Positions 1 to 9,262 of a stretch of DNA of 32,000 bases are shown here, one piece after another (position 1 is the first letter of the stretch; every line of letters starts with the position of its first letter). The translations under genes and the position numbers were made by a program. This DNA comes from Prochlorococcus marinus str. NATL2A. Lineage in GTDB: Bacteria; Cyanobacteriota; Cyanobacteriia; PCC-6307; Cyanobiaceae. The notes under the pieces were generated by a model. The model was not told the DNA's origin, did not search any database, and was given only the letters and a program-made list of their open reading frames with translations. Where the stretch lies: assembly GCF_000012465.1 (NCBI RefSeq), contig NC_007335.2, positions 1,200,001 through 1,232,000 of the forward strand, written 5' to 3'.

Positions 1-1
1 T

Positions 2-1393
2 GGAGATACTCTATACAAAATAAATAAGGAAGGGAATCTATCACCAAGCTTAGCTAAAGATTTACCAAAAGTAAGTAAGAATGGTTTGCTAATAGATATT
101 CCACTCAAAGAAAATATTTCTTTTCACGACGGAAGTATTTTCAATGCGGAAGCGATGGCATTTAGTCTTAATCGATTCAGAAAAATTGGAACTTTAAATT
201 ATCTATTAAATGACAAAATAGAAGATATTGAAGTCAAAGGAAAATTTCTTTTAAGAATAAAATTAAAAAAACCATCGAGTTCATTAGCAAGTCTTTTAAC
301 ATCAGTAAATTTGACACCTGTCTCTCCTAATTCATATTCAAACTATAAAGATAGTTTCAATAATAAAAAGTTTATAGGGACAGGACCTTATTTCTTAGAA
401 AGTTTCAACTCAAGTCAACAAATAATAAAGCCATTCAAAAATTATTGGGGAGAAAAACCCCTAAATAAAGGTATTAACTTTATAAATTATAGTAATTCTA
501 GTACTCTTTTTGGAGCTATCAAAACAAAGGAAGTTGACGTCCTGATCTCAAATTCTATAGATGATTTGCAGCGATTAACATTAAATAATATGGCTAAGAA
601 AGATCAACTAAAATCAGGAGAGGGTGAACCAATAGAGATAGGATACATTACATTTAAAAGCAATAAATTACCTTTAAAAAATAAAGTAGTTAGGAAGGCT
701 CTTTCCTACACTATTGATAGAGAATTAATTAGTCAACAAGTAAGTTTCGGAACAAGAGAACCATTAAGATCAATTGTGCCTCCTCAACTACATAAAAAAG
801 AATTTAAGCCATGGCCTAAATATAATCCTAATACTGCAAGATCTTTATTAAAAACAGAAGGCTACTGTGGAACAGAAATTCTTTCTATTCCATTAACATT
901 TAGATCTAATGTACCTGCAGATAAATTACTTGCCCTTACTTGGAGAGATCAAATCAAAAGAGATTTATCTGATTGTTTAGAAATAACTTTAAATGGAATT
1001 GAGTCAACCACAGTTTACAAACAACTTTCCGAAGGGGCTTTTGAAGCGGTTATATTAGATTGGACTGGGGCATATCCTGACCCAGAAGCATATTTAACTC
1101 CCTTACTAAGTTGTAATGAACTAAATAATAATTCTTGCCTCAAGGGTGAAGCTGTATTCAGTGGTAGTTTTTGGGGTGATAAAAAATTACAAGAACTCTT
1201 GGAGAAAAGTGAAGAACTAGAGGGAGAAAGCAGACTCAATAATTTGATAAAAGTTGAAAAACTTGCAGCACAAGGAGTTGCCTACTTACCAATTTGGCTC
1301 GTTAATCCTAAAGCTTGGTCTCTAAAAGATATAAGCCAACCAGAATTTTCAAAAGATGGATTAATTATCCTGAAAAACTTAGAAAGAGACTAG
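2..1393 (+). CDS. ABC transporter substrate-binding protein, family 5 (peptide/nickel type), 5'-partial
   Basis: Frame 2 is open from the window edge: GDTLYKINKEGNLSPSLAKDLPKVSKNG precedes the TTG listed at 86. No ATG/GTG/TTG occurs upstream, so the true start lies outside the window. The ...ISFHDGS.F.A..., ...GTGPY... and ...W.G.YPDPE... segments are typical of DppA/OppA/NikA-like SBP_bac_5 proteins. Confidence 0.85.
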   Translation, partial: GDTLYKINKEGNLSPSLAKDLPKVSKNGLLIDIPLKENISFHDGSIFNAEAMAFSLNRFRKIGTLNYLLNDKIEDIEVKGKFLLRIKLKKPSSSLASLLTSVNLTPVSPNSYSNYKDSFNNKKFIGTGPYFLESFNSSQQIIKPFKNYWGEKPLNKGINFINYSNSSTLFGAIKTKEVDVLISNSIDDLQRLTLNNMAKKDQLKSGEGEPIEIGYITFKSNKLPLKNKVVRKALSYTIDRELISQQVSFGTREPLRSIVPPQLHKKEFKPWPKYNPNTARSLLKTEGYCGTEILSIPLTFRSNVPADKLLALTWRDQIKRDLSDCLEITLNGIESTTVYKQLSEGAFEAVILDWTGAYPDPEAYLTPLLSCNELNNNSCLKGEAVFSGSFWGDKKLQELLEKSEELEGESRLNNLIKVEKLAAQGVAYLPIWLVNPKAWSLKDISQPEFSKDGLIILKNLERD

Positions 1394-1395
1394 TT

Positions 1396-2418
1396 TTGTC
1401 AACTAAAAAGGCCCTTTTCAAATATATCCTTTCAAGATTAACTCTATTGCCAATAATGCTTTGGATCATTTCGAGCTTAGTTTTTATATTGTTAAGAATT
1501 GCCCCAGGCGATCCGGTAGATGCAATTCTAGGCACTCGAGCGAATGAATTTGCAAGGGAAAGCCTAAGAATTAAACTTGGATTAGATAAACCTCTAATTA
1601 ATCAATATATTGAATATTTAAATCAATTAATTCATGGAAATTTAGGAATCTCATTAAACACACAAGAACCTGTAAAAGTAATTATTTCAAAGGCTCTTCC
1701 AGCAAGTTTGGAATTAGCTATATTTTCAATATTAATAGCATCATTATTAGGTTATTTAATTGGTTTTTTAGGAGCAGTTAAGCCAGAAAGCAAAATAGAT
1801 TTTTCAGGAAGGATTTTTGGCATTGGTACCTATGCTCTCCCCCCTTTCTGGGCAGCAATGTTAATTCAAATTATCTTCGCTGTTTTTTTAGGTTGGTTAC
1901 CCATTGGTGGAAGATTACCTCCTGGAGCTATCCCTCCGCCCCCAATCACTGGTTTCTTACTTTTAGATAGTATTTTAGATAAAAACGTTGAAATCATTTT
2001 TAATTCTATTCAACATTTAATATTACCCTCCGTCACTCTAGGGATCTTATTAAGCGGAATATTTAGTCGAGCATTAAGATTAAATCTAGAAGAAATTTTA
2101 AAAAAAGATTACATTGAAGCCGCCAAAAGTAGAGGTATAAATAACTCCAGAGTATTAGTTAAACATGCCTTACCAAATACTCTTCTCCCAATATTGACAA
2201 TTACTGGCTTAACAGTTTCTTCTTTAGTTGGTGGAGCACTTTTAATTGAAATAACATTCTCATGGCCTGGAATAGCTCTTGGACTTCAAGAAGCTATAAA
2301 TCAAAGAGATTATCCTGTTGTACAAGGAATAGTTGTTGTAATATCTAGCCTTGTTGTAATGATTAGTGTTTGTATAGATATCGCTATTGCATATATTGAT
2401 CCAAGGGTTAGTTACTGA
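1396..2418 (+). CDS. ABC transporter permease, DppB/OppB-like
   Basis: The ORF track lists 1315..2418. The N-terminus KKALFKYILSRLTLLPIMLW matches the usual DppB/OppB start, and a TTG at 1396 sits right after the upstream stop (1391-1393), so I favour 1396. The exact start is uncertain. It has multiple TM segments and an EAA-type loop (DYIEAAKSRGINNSRVLVKHALPN). Confidence 0.85.
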   Translation: MSTKKALFKYILSRLTLLPIMLWIISSLVFILLRIAPGDPVDAILGTRANEFARESLRIKLGLDKPLINQYIEYLNQLIHGNLGISLNTQEPVKVIISKALPASLELAIFSILIASLLGYLIGFLGAVKPESKIDFSGRIFGIGTYALPPFWAAMLIQIIFAVFLGWLPIGGRLPPGAIPPPPITGFLLLDSILDKNVEIIFNSIQHLILPSVTLGILLSGIFSRALRLNLEEILKKDYIEAAKSRGINNSRVLVKHALPNTLLPILTITGLTVSSLVGGALLIEITFSWPGIALGLQEAINQRDYPVVQGIVVVISSLVVMISVCIDIAIAYIDPRVSY

Positions 2419-4007
2419 ATATTGATAAGTTGTTCAATTATATTACTGTCTAAGATATGAAACTTAAGCTCGCCTTTAGTTAAATTCGTATTCAAAGGGA
2501 CTGTTTTATTCTCTTCTAATTTTTCTAGGAAGTTGATGATCTCAAAAGCTAATAAGCTCTGAACAGAAAGTGGATGATATCCAACTATTGATTCTCCTAG
2601 ATTAAATAAATCCTTACCTTTAGACTGATTCATTTGTCCCTCTACTCTAATAGGTGAAAAATGGCTAGCTCTCTCAATTAAAAGAACTCTACTTAATGGG
2701 CTTGAACTCAAAGCAAGCATTAATCCTAGTTGTTCACTAATAGAAGGAGTAACTAAATCAAAAGTTCCTCCTGTAAGGAAAAGAGGAATATTTATTTTAT
2801 TTTCTAAATTTTTTGGCCACAAAAAACTCCCAAAACTGTTCATACCAACAATAGCTGAAAGATTTTCTATACCTTTAGTATCTGACAAAGTAATATCTAT
2901 TAGTTGACATTGTAAAAGTGAAGATAAATTAGAAAGAGAAAGATTATCAAGGACCTCTTGACATCTATTTTCAAGTTGGTCATCTATTTTTACTCCTGAA
3001 GCCAAAATAGCTGTGAGAGCTCCTAACGAATGCCCCATCAAGACAACATTCTCTGCCGATAAATCAATTGTTCCTGATTTTTTTGCCTTGAGGATGCTAT
3101 CGATATCGTTCAAACGTTCAGGAATTATTTCAGCACCTGGTAAAGGTAGTCTTCCTTTTACCAAGGCTTCCAATGCTAATGAGTCACTACCTGGATGATC
3201 CAAGACAACAACAGGCCAACCATTGTGACTAAGACTTCTTGCAAGCCAATTAAAATGATTACGATCTCCTCCTAAACCAGGCATTAAAAGAACCCAATTT
3301 TTTCTATTTTTCTTCCTAAAAGATGGGTTCCAAACCTCTAAAATCAAAGGCTCTTTTCGATGAGAAACAGTTAAGGAAAATAATTCATATTCGGTTTCTT
3401 TTATTTCAAGAGGTAAAACATTCATTTCCTCTCTCTTAACTGATAAATCATTAGTTGAGACTAAATCAGTTATGAGTTTCTGTTGTTTGTTTAACTCACT
3501 TCTCCAATTATTAGCTACTTCAATCCACCCATCCAAATCAATGTGAATTGCTTTAACAGAAAGAGAATTTAAAAGATCAAAAGTTGTCACCTCATCTTTT
3601 TCATTTAAAAGTTTTTCTAGAGTATCGAGAACACTTTCGCCAGAGCTGTCTTCATCCATAAGTATTAGATCACTTACTTCATCAAGCAATTTTCGTCCTG
3701 ACCAACTTCTCAAAATTTGTCTTGCCATACTTTTATCTCTTACCAACGGTGTACTTAAAAACTTTGCCAAACCTTTCCTTTCCTTAAAGCCAAGTAAATT
3801 AAGCCAACTAGCTAATTCAGAATTTTTTTCCTCTGCACCATTACTCCAATCAATCAATTCTTTTATCGAAATTGGGATGGACATTCCATCGAAATGAATT
3901 TCAAATCTCTCTGCTGCTTGAAGTTTTGGATAAAAACAATAAGGAGCTAGTAAGCTTCCAACTGTTCCAAGAACAACTAATTTTTTAATGAATGAATTTG
4001 TTCTCAA
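2412..4007 (-). CDS. Secreted alpha/beta hydrolase with DUF1400-like N-terminal domain
   Basis: It has an N-terminal signal-like hydrophobic segment (KKLVVLGTVGSLLAPY). The FEIHFDGMSIPISIKELIDW region resembles cyanobacterial DUF1400. The C-terminal half carries a nucleophile elbow, LMGHSLGAL (G-x-S-x-G). Confidence 0.7.
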   Translation of the reverse strand: MRTNSFIKKLVVLGTVGSLLAPYCFYPKLQAAERFEIHFDGMSIPISIKELIDWSNGAEEKNSELASWLNLLGFKERKGLAKFLSTPLVRDKSMARQILRSWSGRKLLDEVSDLILMDEDSSGESVLDTLEKLLNEKDEVTTFDLLNSLSVKAIHIDLDGWIEVANNWRSELNKQQKLITDLVSTNDLSVKREEMNVLPLEIKETEYELFSLTVSHRKEPLILEVWNPSFRKKNRKNWVLLMPGLGGDRNHFNWLARSLSHNGWPVVVLDHPGSDSLALEALVKGRLPLPGAEIIPERLNDIDSILKAKKSGTIDLSAENVVLMGHSLGALTAILASGVKIDDQLENRCQEVLDNLSLSNLSSLLQCQLIDITLSDTKGIENLSAIVGMNSFGSFLWPKNLENKINIPLFLTGGTFDLVTPSISEQLGLMLALSSSPLSRVLLIERASHFSPIRVEGQMNQSKGKDLFNLGESIVGYHPLSVQSLLAFEIINFLEKLEENKTVPLNTNLTKGELKFHILDSNIIEQLINIQ

Positions 4008-5230
4008 CTTCTAGTGTTAGAAATTATTGGGAGAAATTCCCTATATCCCTAAGACTAATCATAAAAGCTCGTTTGTGGACAGGGATAGGAGCAGGAGGGG
4101 TATTATATTTAAGTCCGATAATATTCAATAGTTTAGGTTTTTCAGCAGAGCAAATCGGTAGAGGAATAACCACAGCTGCATTTGCTGGAATAACGACAAG
4201 ATTTGGTACGGGATATTTACTTGACAAAAAATTTAGCTCTATAAAAACAATTAAAGTTGCATGTTTATTTGCAATTTTATCGGATTTTATACTTTTTTAT
4301 TCGCAAAATTTCTTAGCTTTCCTTTGTGGTCAGTTTTTCTTAGGAGCTGCAGCTGGAATATATTGGCCTTCTGCTGAATTAGCTATTCCACTAAATTGTA
4401 ATACCAAAATAAAATCAAGTGAAGGTTATTCTCTTGCAAGAAGTGCTGATGCAATTGGAGTCACATTAGGAGTCTTACTAGGTACTATAGGATCTTATTT
4501 TGAATTCACAAGAATAATATATTTGTTAGATATTTTATGCATGTTATATATATTAAATATATTATTAAATAAGCTAGGCATAAGTAGAAAGAAAATCGCT
4601 TTCAAGATCAAAGACGATTCAGATATTAAATATAAATCTCTAGAAAAAAAATATAATCTAAAATGGATAATAAATTTATTACCTTTATTATTAATAACTC
4701 TATTTGTGACAGGAGTAATGAGTTTATTGCAAAGCATCCTTCCGATAGATTTAGCGAACGGAGGTATAATAAGGCAATCATTCACAGACCAAAAAGTAGC
4801 TACATTATTAACAATAAAACTAATTTTACTTGCTATTTTTCAATGGCCAGTCGGTTATATTTTAAGAAATAAAAATTCACCTTTTAAATTCAGATTATGC
4901 TTAATATCGCTACTCATAGGTTTTATTTTTTTATCACTTTCAAATTTCTTACTTGACGGATATCTATTAATACTTATAGCTTTCATACCACTAACAATAT
5001 CTCTATGTATATTTCTACCCTCTGCTTCAAATGCAATTATAAAGTCTGCTCCAATTAAATATCAAGGTTCAGCAATAGCCTTATATTCTCAATGTTTTGG
5101 CATTAGTTCTTTAACAGTACCTTGGATGGCAGGAAAATTAATTGATACCCATGACACAGCCCTTCAGCTATGGTTAATTGTTAGTATTATTTGTATACTT
5201 TTAGTACCAATATCTAAGAATATTAAATAA
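3992..5230 (+). CDS. MFS-type transporter (polytopic membrane protein)
   Basis: The 412-aa protein has about 12 hydrophobic segments split by a basic central loop (RKKIAFKIKDDSDIKYKSLEKKYNLK). A GYLLDKKF segment resembles MFS motif A. The family call is moderate and the substrate is unknown. Confidence 0.6.
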   Translation: MNLFSTSSVRNYWEKFPISLRLIIKARLWTGIGAGGVLYLSPIIFNSLGFSAEQIGRGITTAAFAGITTRFGTGYLLDKKFSSIKTIKVACLFAILSDFILFYSQNFLAFLCGQFFLGAAAGIYWPSAELAIPLNCNTKIKSSEGYSLARSADAIGVTLGVLLGTIGSYFEFTRIIYLLDILCMLYILNILLNKLGISRKKIAFKIKDDSDIKYKSLEKKYNLKWIINLLPLLLITLFVTGVMSLLQSILPIDLANGGIIRQSFTDQKVATLLTIKLILLAIFQWPVGYILRNKNSPFKFRLCLISLLIGFIFLSLSNFLLDGYLLILIAFIPLTISLCIFLPSASNAIIKSAPIKYQGSAIALYSQCFGISSLTVPWMAGKLIDTHDTALQLWLIVSIICILLVPISKNIK

Positions 5231-5243
5231 TAAAATTTTTAAT

Positions 5244-5594
5244 TTAATTCCTATTCATCTCTTCAATTCTTAATTCCCTTAGATATAGAAAAAGAGGAGC
5301 TGAAAAAGCAAATGCGATTGTAAATGTAGTCAATATTACAATCCATAGATTTTTCATCTCTAATCTCTTTGATTCAGAAATTATCCAAACGAATACAGCT
5401 GATGACCCTATAAAAAGATCTCTAGATAATGACTGAGAGGCTGGATTATTATTAGCTAACTCTATAAATAATTGAATATCAAAAGCAGGTCCATAGCTTT
5501 TTGCAAATTCAATATTTGCAAGTGTAGGTAAAACGGCTCCTAATATAGCCAAAAACAAATAAACCCATTTTAACCATTTAATCTGTCTTACCAT
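5244..5594 (-). CDS. Small integral membrane protein (DUF2834-like)
   Basis: 116 aa with four hydrophobic segments. Its size and pattern (KWVYLFLAILGAVLPTL...FIELANNNPASQSLSRDLFIGS...) resemble DUF2834 proteins as I recall them. A profile search was not possible. Confidence 0.5.
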   Translation of the reverse strand: MVRQIKWLKWVYLFLAILGAVLPTLANIEFAKSYGPAFDIQLFIELANNNPASQSLSRDLFIGSSAVFVWIISESKRLEMKNLWIVILTTFTIAFAFSAPLFLYLRELRIEEMNRN

Positions 5595-5729
5595 AAGTAA
5601 TTTTTAATTTAATAAGAAATAATATATCAGAAGAATTATAAAGTTTGTCTGTTTTATGAATAAAAAAAATATCATAGTTCTACCTATGAACCTAACTTAC
5701 TATATTAGAAATAACATAATAATTTGCGA

Positions 5730-6572
5730 ATGAGAATTGATGCTCCTAAAGAAATACTTAGCCTTCCTAACCTTAAATTAGCGGTGATCGGTCATGTTGA
5801 ATGGGTAACATTCTTAAAGGTTGATCAGCTCCCATTAGCGGGACAAATTTCGCATGCAAAAGATTGCTTTGAAGAAGCAGCAGGTGGTGCGGCAGTCGCA
5901 GCTGTTCAGATGGCAAGGCTAATAAATAACCCTGTTGACTTAATCACATCATTGGGCAAAGACAATTATGGTGAAAAATGCTACGAAAGACTCACTAAAC
6001 TTGGTTTAAATTTAAAAGTAGCTTGGCGTGAGAAACCAACTAGAAAAGGGATTAGCCTAATCAGCAAAGATGGAGAAAGAGCAATTACAGTTATTGGAGA
6101 AAGATTACAGCCAATCGGTTCTGATAATTTACCTTGGAGTGATTTGAAAAATTACGATGGTGTTTTTGTTACCGCTACTGACAAAGAAGGAATAAGATTC
6201 GCTAGGAAAGCTAGATTCCTCTCTGCGACTCCCCGAACAGGTCAACAAACCCTAAAGAATTCAAAAGTAAAACTCAATGCATTGATTGGGAGTGGTCTTG
6301 ATCCTGGTGAAAAGATAAATTACGAAGAGCTTGAACCTAAACCAGACATATACATTTCAACAAAAGGTGAATCAGGTGGAACAATTTTTCCCGAAAATAT
6401 TAAATACAAACCCATTACTCCTAGTTCTGAAGAAATAGATACCTATGGTTGTGGGGACAGTTTCGCGGGAGCTGTGACTACTGCCCTCTCAGCAAAGCTA
6501 AATTTAGAGCAAGCGATTAATATAGGTGCATATTGCGGTGCTGAATGCTCAACTCATTACGGGCCTTACTAA
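5730..6572 (+). CDS. PfkB-family carbohydrate/ribokinase-like kinase
   Basis: An N-terminal GG motif (EEAAGGAAVAAVQMARL) and a C-terminal DTxGAGD-type motif (DTYGCGDSFAGAV) are characteristic of the PfkB family. The ATG at 5730 is preferred over the TTG at 5724. Confidence 0.8.
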   Translation: MRIDAPKEILSLPNLKLAVIGHVEWVTFLKVDQLPLAGQISHAKDCFEEAAGGAAVAAVQMARLINNPVDLITSLGKDNYGEKCYERLTKLGLNLKVAWREKPTRKGISLISKDGERAITVIGERLQPIGSDNLPWSDLKNYDGVFVTATDKEGIRFARKARFLSATPRTGQQTLKNSKVKLNALIGSGLDPGEKINYEELEPKPDIYISTKGESGGTIFPENIKYKPITPSSEEIDTYGCGDSFAGAVTTALSAKLNLEQAINIGAYCGAECSTHYGPY

Positions 6573-6573
6573 A

Positions 6574-6780
6574 ATGAAAAAGCGAGAGTATAAAGATTCC
6601 AAAAAAATCAATAATAATTCTATTACATATAACTTTATAATCCTAATTTTTTCAATTATTTATCTTTTTACCGAGTCAATAATAACCATTATCAGTTTAT
6701 TTAAAAAAGGTGTTTTTAAAAAAGAAATACTTTCAAAGAGAACAGATCTAGGCTTCGACTTGATAATTAAGAGAAAATAA
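6574..6780 (+). CDS. Hypothetical small membrane protein
   Basis: The ATG at 6574 lies immediately after the pfkB stop and is in frame with listed ORF 6526..6780. There is one hydrophobic segment (ITYNFIILIFSIIYLFTESIITIISLF). I recognise no family. Confidence 0.3.
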   Translation: MKKREYKDSKKINNNSITYNFIILIFSIIYLFTESIITIISLFKKGVFKKEILSKRTDLGFDLIIKRK

Positions 6781-6876
6781 AGAAACAAATGAAAGAGAAC
6801 TCAATTTGACAATCTTCATTTAACTGGCTTTATTCCTAGATGTTGCTTTAATTAGATAAGATCATAATAATCAATA

Positions 6877-7239
6877 GTGAAACTGATTCCAATATTAATA
6901 ATAGTATTCTTTTTTTATATATTCTTAACTTTAAAAAAGAGAAATAAATTTTCTAATAGAAAGACTTTAATAGAAAGATTCAAGAAAAGGTTCAAGAATA
7001 TCAATGTTCGTCGAAAAAGGATCTCTGAAGAATTTACAAATTCTCTTTTACTTGATCCTTGCAAAAACATCCCTTTAGGTACATGGTATTCAGAGGATGA
7101 GCTAAGAGAAAAAGCAGATATTCATAGATCTAGATTAAGTAAATTTGGTAAATCAAAAATTAATGGCGAAATGCTATTTGTTGGACCAAAAGGAGGGATT
7201 TACAAGATAAGTGGAGATGGAAAGAAAAAATATGTGTAA
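6877..7239 (+). CDS. Hypothetical protein with N-terminal TM anchor, basic region and C-terminal GPKGG.Y....G.KKY motif
   Basis: 120-aa ORF with a GTG start. It has a hydrophobic N-terminus (LIPILIIVFFFYIFLTL) and a very basic linker. The C-terminal FVGPKGGIYKISGDGKKKYV is reminiscent of the PBCV-type basic adaptor motif. Confidence 0.45.
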   Translation: MKLIPILIIVFFFYIFLTLKKRNKFSNRKTLIERFKKRFKNINVRRKRISEEFTNSLLLDPCKNIPLGTWYSEDELREKADIHRSRLSKFGKSKINGEMLFVGPKGGIYKISGDGKKKYV

Positions 7240-7305
7240 ATCTTGAAAGACAAAAAGTAATAATTATAAAAAATCTAATTGTTGCTAAAGTGAAGAAGAT
7301 AAATC

Positions 7306-7461
7306 ATGAGTAAATTGAATTTTTCCCTAACAGTCTCATTTGGAGAATTAGAGCTATCTAATCTAACTTTTTGGAGCCTTGTTGCTATTACAGTATTATT
7401 CGTAGTATCTTTTATTTTATCAACAATTCCTCTTACAAAAAATATTTCTTCAAAAAAATAG
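7306..7461 (+). CDS. Possible small membrane protein (51 aa, not in ORF track)
   Basis: ATG at 7306 and TAG at 7459-7461. The translation is MSKLNFSLTVSFGELELSNLTFWSLVAITVLFVVSFILSTIPLTKNISSKK, with one TM segment. There is no family support. Confidence 0.25.
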   Translation: MSKLNFSLTVSFGELELSNLTFWSLVAITVLFVVSFILSTIPLTKNISSKK

Positions 7462-7464
7462 ATT

Positions 7465-7710
7465 TCAAGCAGCCTTTTTATATTCTGAAAAGTCTCTATT
7501 AGCCCAATGTATTCTTTTGATAGATAAATTAGCGATCGAAATCTTCTTATCTTCTTCTTTCATAGATACTAAATTCCTATTATCTAAAAATTGATTTGAA
7601 ACTTCATTAGATGAGACGCTGGAGCTGGAGATCTTCAAACGATATCTATCAGCAAGATTTTTAATAGAAAACCCCTTAGCATCAGACCGATGTGGCCAAA
7701 AATTCTTCAC
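7465..7710 (-). CDS. Hypothetical protein
   Basis: 81-aa ORF with no recognisable motif. It lies downstream of a hairpin terminator on the same strand, so it would need its own promoter. Confidence 0.3.
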   Translation of the reverse strand: MKNFWPHRSDAKGFSIKNLADRYRLKISSSSVSSNEVSNQFLDNRNLVSMKEEDKKISIANLSIKRIHWANRDFSEYKKAA

Positions 7711-7744
7711 GATAAATAAAGTCTCTTTTTTTAAGAAAACTAAG

Positions 7745-7775
7745 AAAAAGAGAATTGCAAGTAATTCTCTTTTTT
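7745..7775. terminator. Hairpin terminator downstream of the pentapeptide-repeat gene (bidirectional shape)
   Basis: The sequence aaaagagaatt-gcaagt-aattctctttt forms an 11-bp stem. It is flanked by an A-run upstream and a T-run downstream, so it reads as hairpin plus U-run on both strands. It lies 33 nt 3' of the minus-strand stop at 7808. Confidence 0.6.
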
Positions 7776-7807
7776 ATTAACAAATAATTTCGATCGATTC
7801 TTAGATT

Positions 7808-8362
7808 TTACGCTGAAGGCATAGAAGGTTTATCTCCTTTACATTCAAGACTAGCCCTAGTAGAAACTCCTGTAGTTGGATTCACACCATCAGCTATTTT
7901 ACAGAGATTTCTTTGATCTTCACTGTCAAGAATCGCAAATGTAAAATCAGCTCCTTCAATTTGAGCACCAGCAAAACTGCTACCTGATGCAATCATATTT
8001 ACTAGAATGGAATTTCTAAGATCGGTCTTCTGAAAATTAACCCTGTCCGAAAGAGTATCAGTAAGATCTACACCATTAAGGTTGGAACCTTTGAGGTCTG
8101 ACAAAGTTAGTGTTGTTCCATGAAGATCGACGTTACTGAAATCAGCATCTCTTGCCATTGCACCAGCGATAGAGGAAAGATGTAAGTCTTCACCATGAAA
8201 ATCGAATCCTGTGATATCAGAACGAACATAACTTGGGACTTCGTCTCCTTCTCCCTTAACTGCCACATTGGCACCAGCAAATACAGGGGTCACCCCAAAA
8301 AATATGATTAAAAAGCTGAGTACATATTTGATAATTTTTGAAAAAAGAAGATCAAATTTCAT
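7808..8362 (-). CDS. Pentapeptide-repeat protein with signal peptide (thylakoid-lumen type)
   Basis: It has an N-terminal signal-like segment (YVLSFLIIFFGVTPVFAGA). This is followed by runs of A(D/N)(L/F)xx pentapeptides, such as ADFSNVDLHGTTLTLSDLKGSNLNGVDLTDTLSDRVNFQKTDLRNSIL. Confidence 0.85.
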   Translation of the reverse strand: MKFDLLFSKIIKYVLSFLIIFFGVTPVFAGANVAVKGEGDEVPSYVRSDITGFDFHGEDLHLSSIAGAMARDADFSNVDLHGTTLTLSDLKGSNLNGVDLTDTLSDRVNFQKTDLRNSILVNMIASGSSFAGAQIEGADFTFAILDSEDQRNLCKIADGVNPTTGVSTRASLECKGDKPSMPSA

Positions 8363-8468
8363 GAGTAAAAATGATAACCCACCTGATTAATGCAATTATC
8401 TCTCCTATTAAAGAATTTTAAGTACATTGATAAGACAAATTAATGTAAGAGGGATTATCTAGTGGTTA

Positions 8469-8657
8469 TTACAAAAGAGGTCTTCCAGAGATAAATTCAT
8501 GCATTACTGGGTTCATCCAATATAGACCTACAAATAACATTAAAAACACATTAAAAACTATCAAAACACCACCAAGTAAAAAGGTCTGATCATTCGAAGT
8601 ATTATTTTCTCTCGTGTTTTGAACAATGGCTTGAAAATTCTGGTTCATTTTTCTCAA
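8469..8657 (-). CDS. Hypothetical small membrane protein
   Basis: 62 aa with a single TM segment (FLLGGVLIVFNVFLMLFVGLYW). It lacks the ExxNGRxAM motif of high-light-inducible proteins. Confidence 0.35.
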   Translation of the reverse strand: MRKMNQNFQAIVQNTRENNTSNDQTFLLGGVLIVFNVFLMLFVGLYWMNPVMHEFISGRPLL

Positions 8658-8853
8658 TAAGACCCGACCAAGTTACTAGAAAAAGAGAAATAATGAGGCT
8701 CTAACAGGAGAATTAACAGGATCTTTCTATTTATTTAAGATTTGAAAAATATTTCTGTTGATAATTTTGGAGAAAAGAGGCTTAGATCTTTCTATCTTTT
8801 TAAAAATCAATCTCCCATTCAAGTATTAATATCTTTCAAAGACTGATTCACTT

Positions 8854-9195
8854 ATGCCATTCATTCAAATCAACACATCCTCCAAAAGTGTTGTAGAAAA
8901 TGATGATTTGCTCCAAAAAGATATTTCAAAAATGATTGCTGTTTTAACCGGAAAACCGGAAAATTACGTAATGACGATGATCCAAAGAAATGCCAAAATG
9001 ACATTTGCTGGATCCGATGAACCATGCTGTTTTATCAAGGTTCAATCAATTGGCTCACTAAACCCATCCTCGATGAGCAAGGCTTTGTGCGAGTTAATTG
9101 CATCTAAAACCAATATAAATACAAATAGAATTTATATTGAATTTTTCGACGTTAAAGCCTCAAATTGGGGATTCAATGGTTCAACATTTGGATAG
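8854..9195 (+). CDS. MIF / tautomerase-superfamily protein (phenylpyruvate tautomerase-like)
   Basis: 113 aa beginning MPFIQINTS, so Pro-1 would be exposed after Met removal. That is the catalytic hallmark of the family. The size and the ...ENYVMT...FAGS.EP.CF..V.SIG.L... pattern match MIF homologs. Confidence 0.8.
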   Translation: MPFIQINTSSKSVVENDDLLQKDISKMIAVLTGKPENYVMTMIQRNAKMTFAGSDEPCCFIKVQSIGSLNPSSMSKALCELIASKTNINTNRIYIEFFDVKASNWGFNGSTFG

Positions 9196-9262
9196 GAAAT
9201 TTATTATCTTTTGTAATCATTGTTGAAAATATTTTAATTGAATCAACCAACTATTCATTTAA

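Noticed and set aside
1015-5000. Short antisense or out-of-frame ORFs (1015..1239, 3013..3198, 4024..4227, 4495..4785, 4663..4872)
   Set aside because: They are embedded in longer ORFs with family-level support and give low-complexity or biased translations typical of AT-rich antisense frames.
8469-8657. Small single-TM ORF considered as a high-light-inducible protein (Hli)
   Set aside because: It lacks the conserved chlorophyll-binding ExxNGRxAMxGF motif of Hli/Scp proteins.
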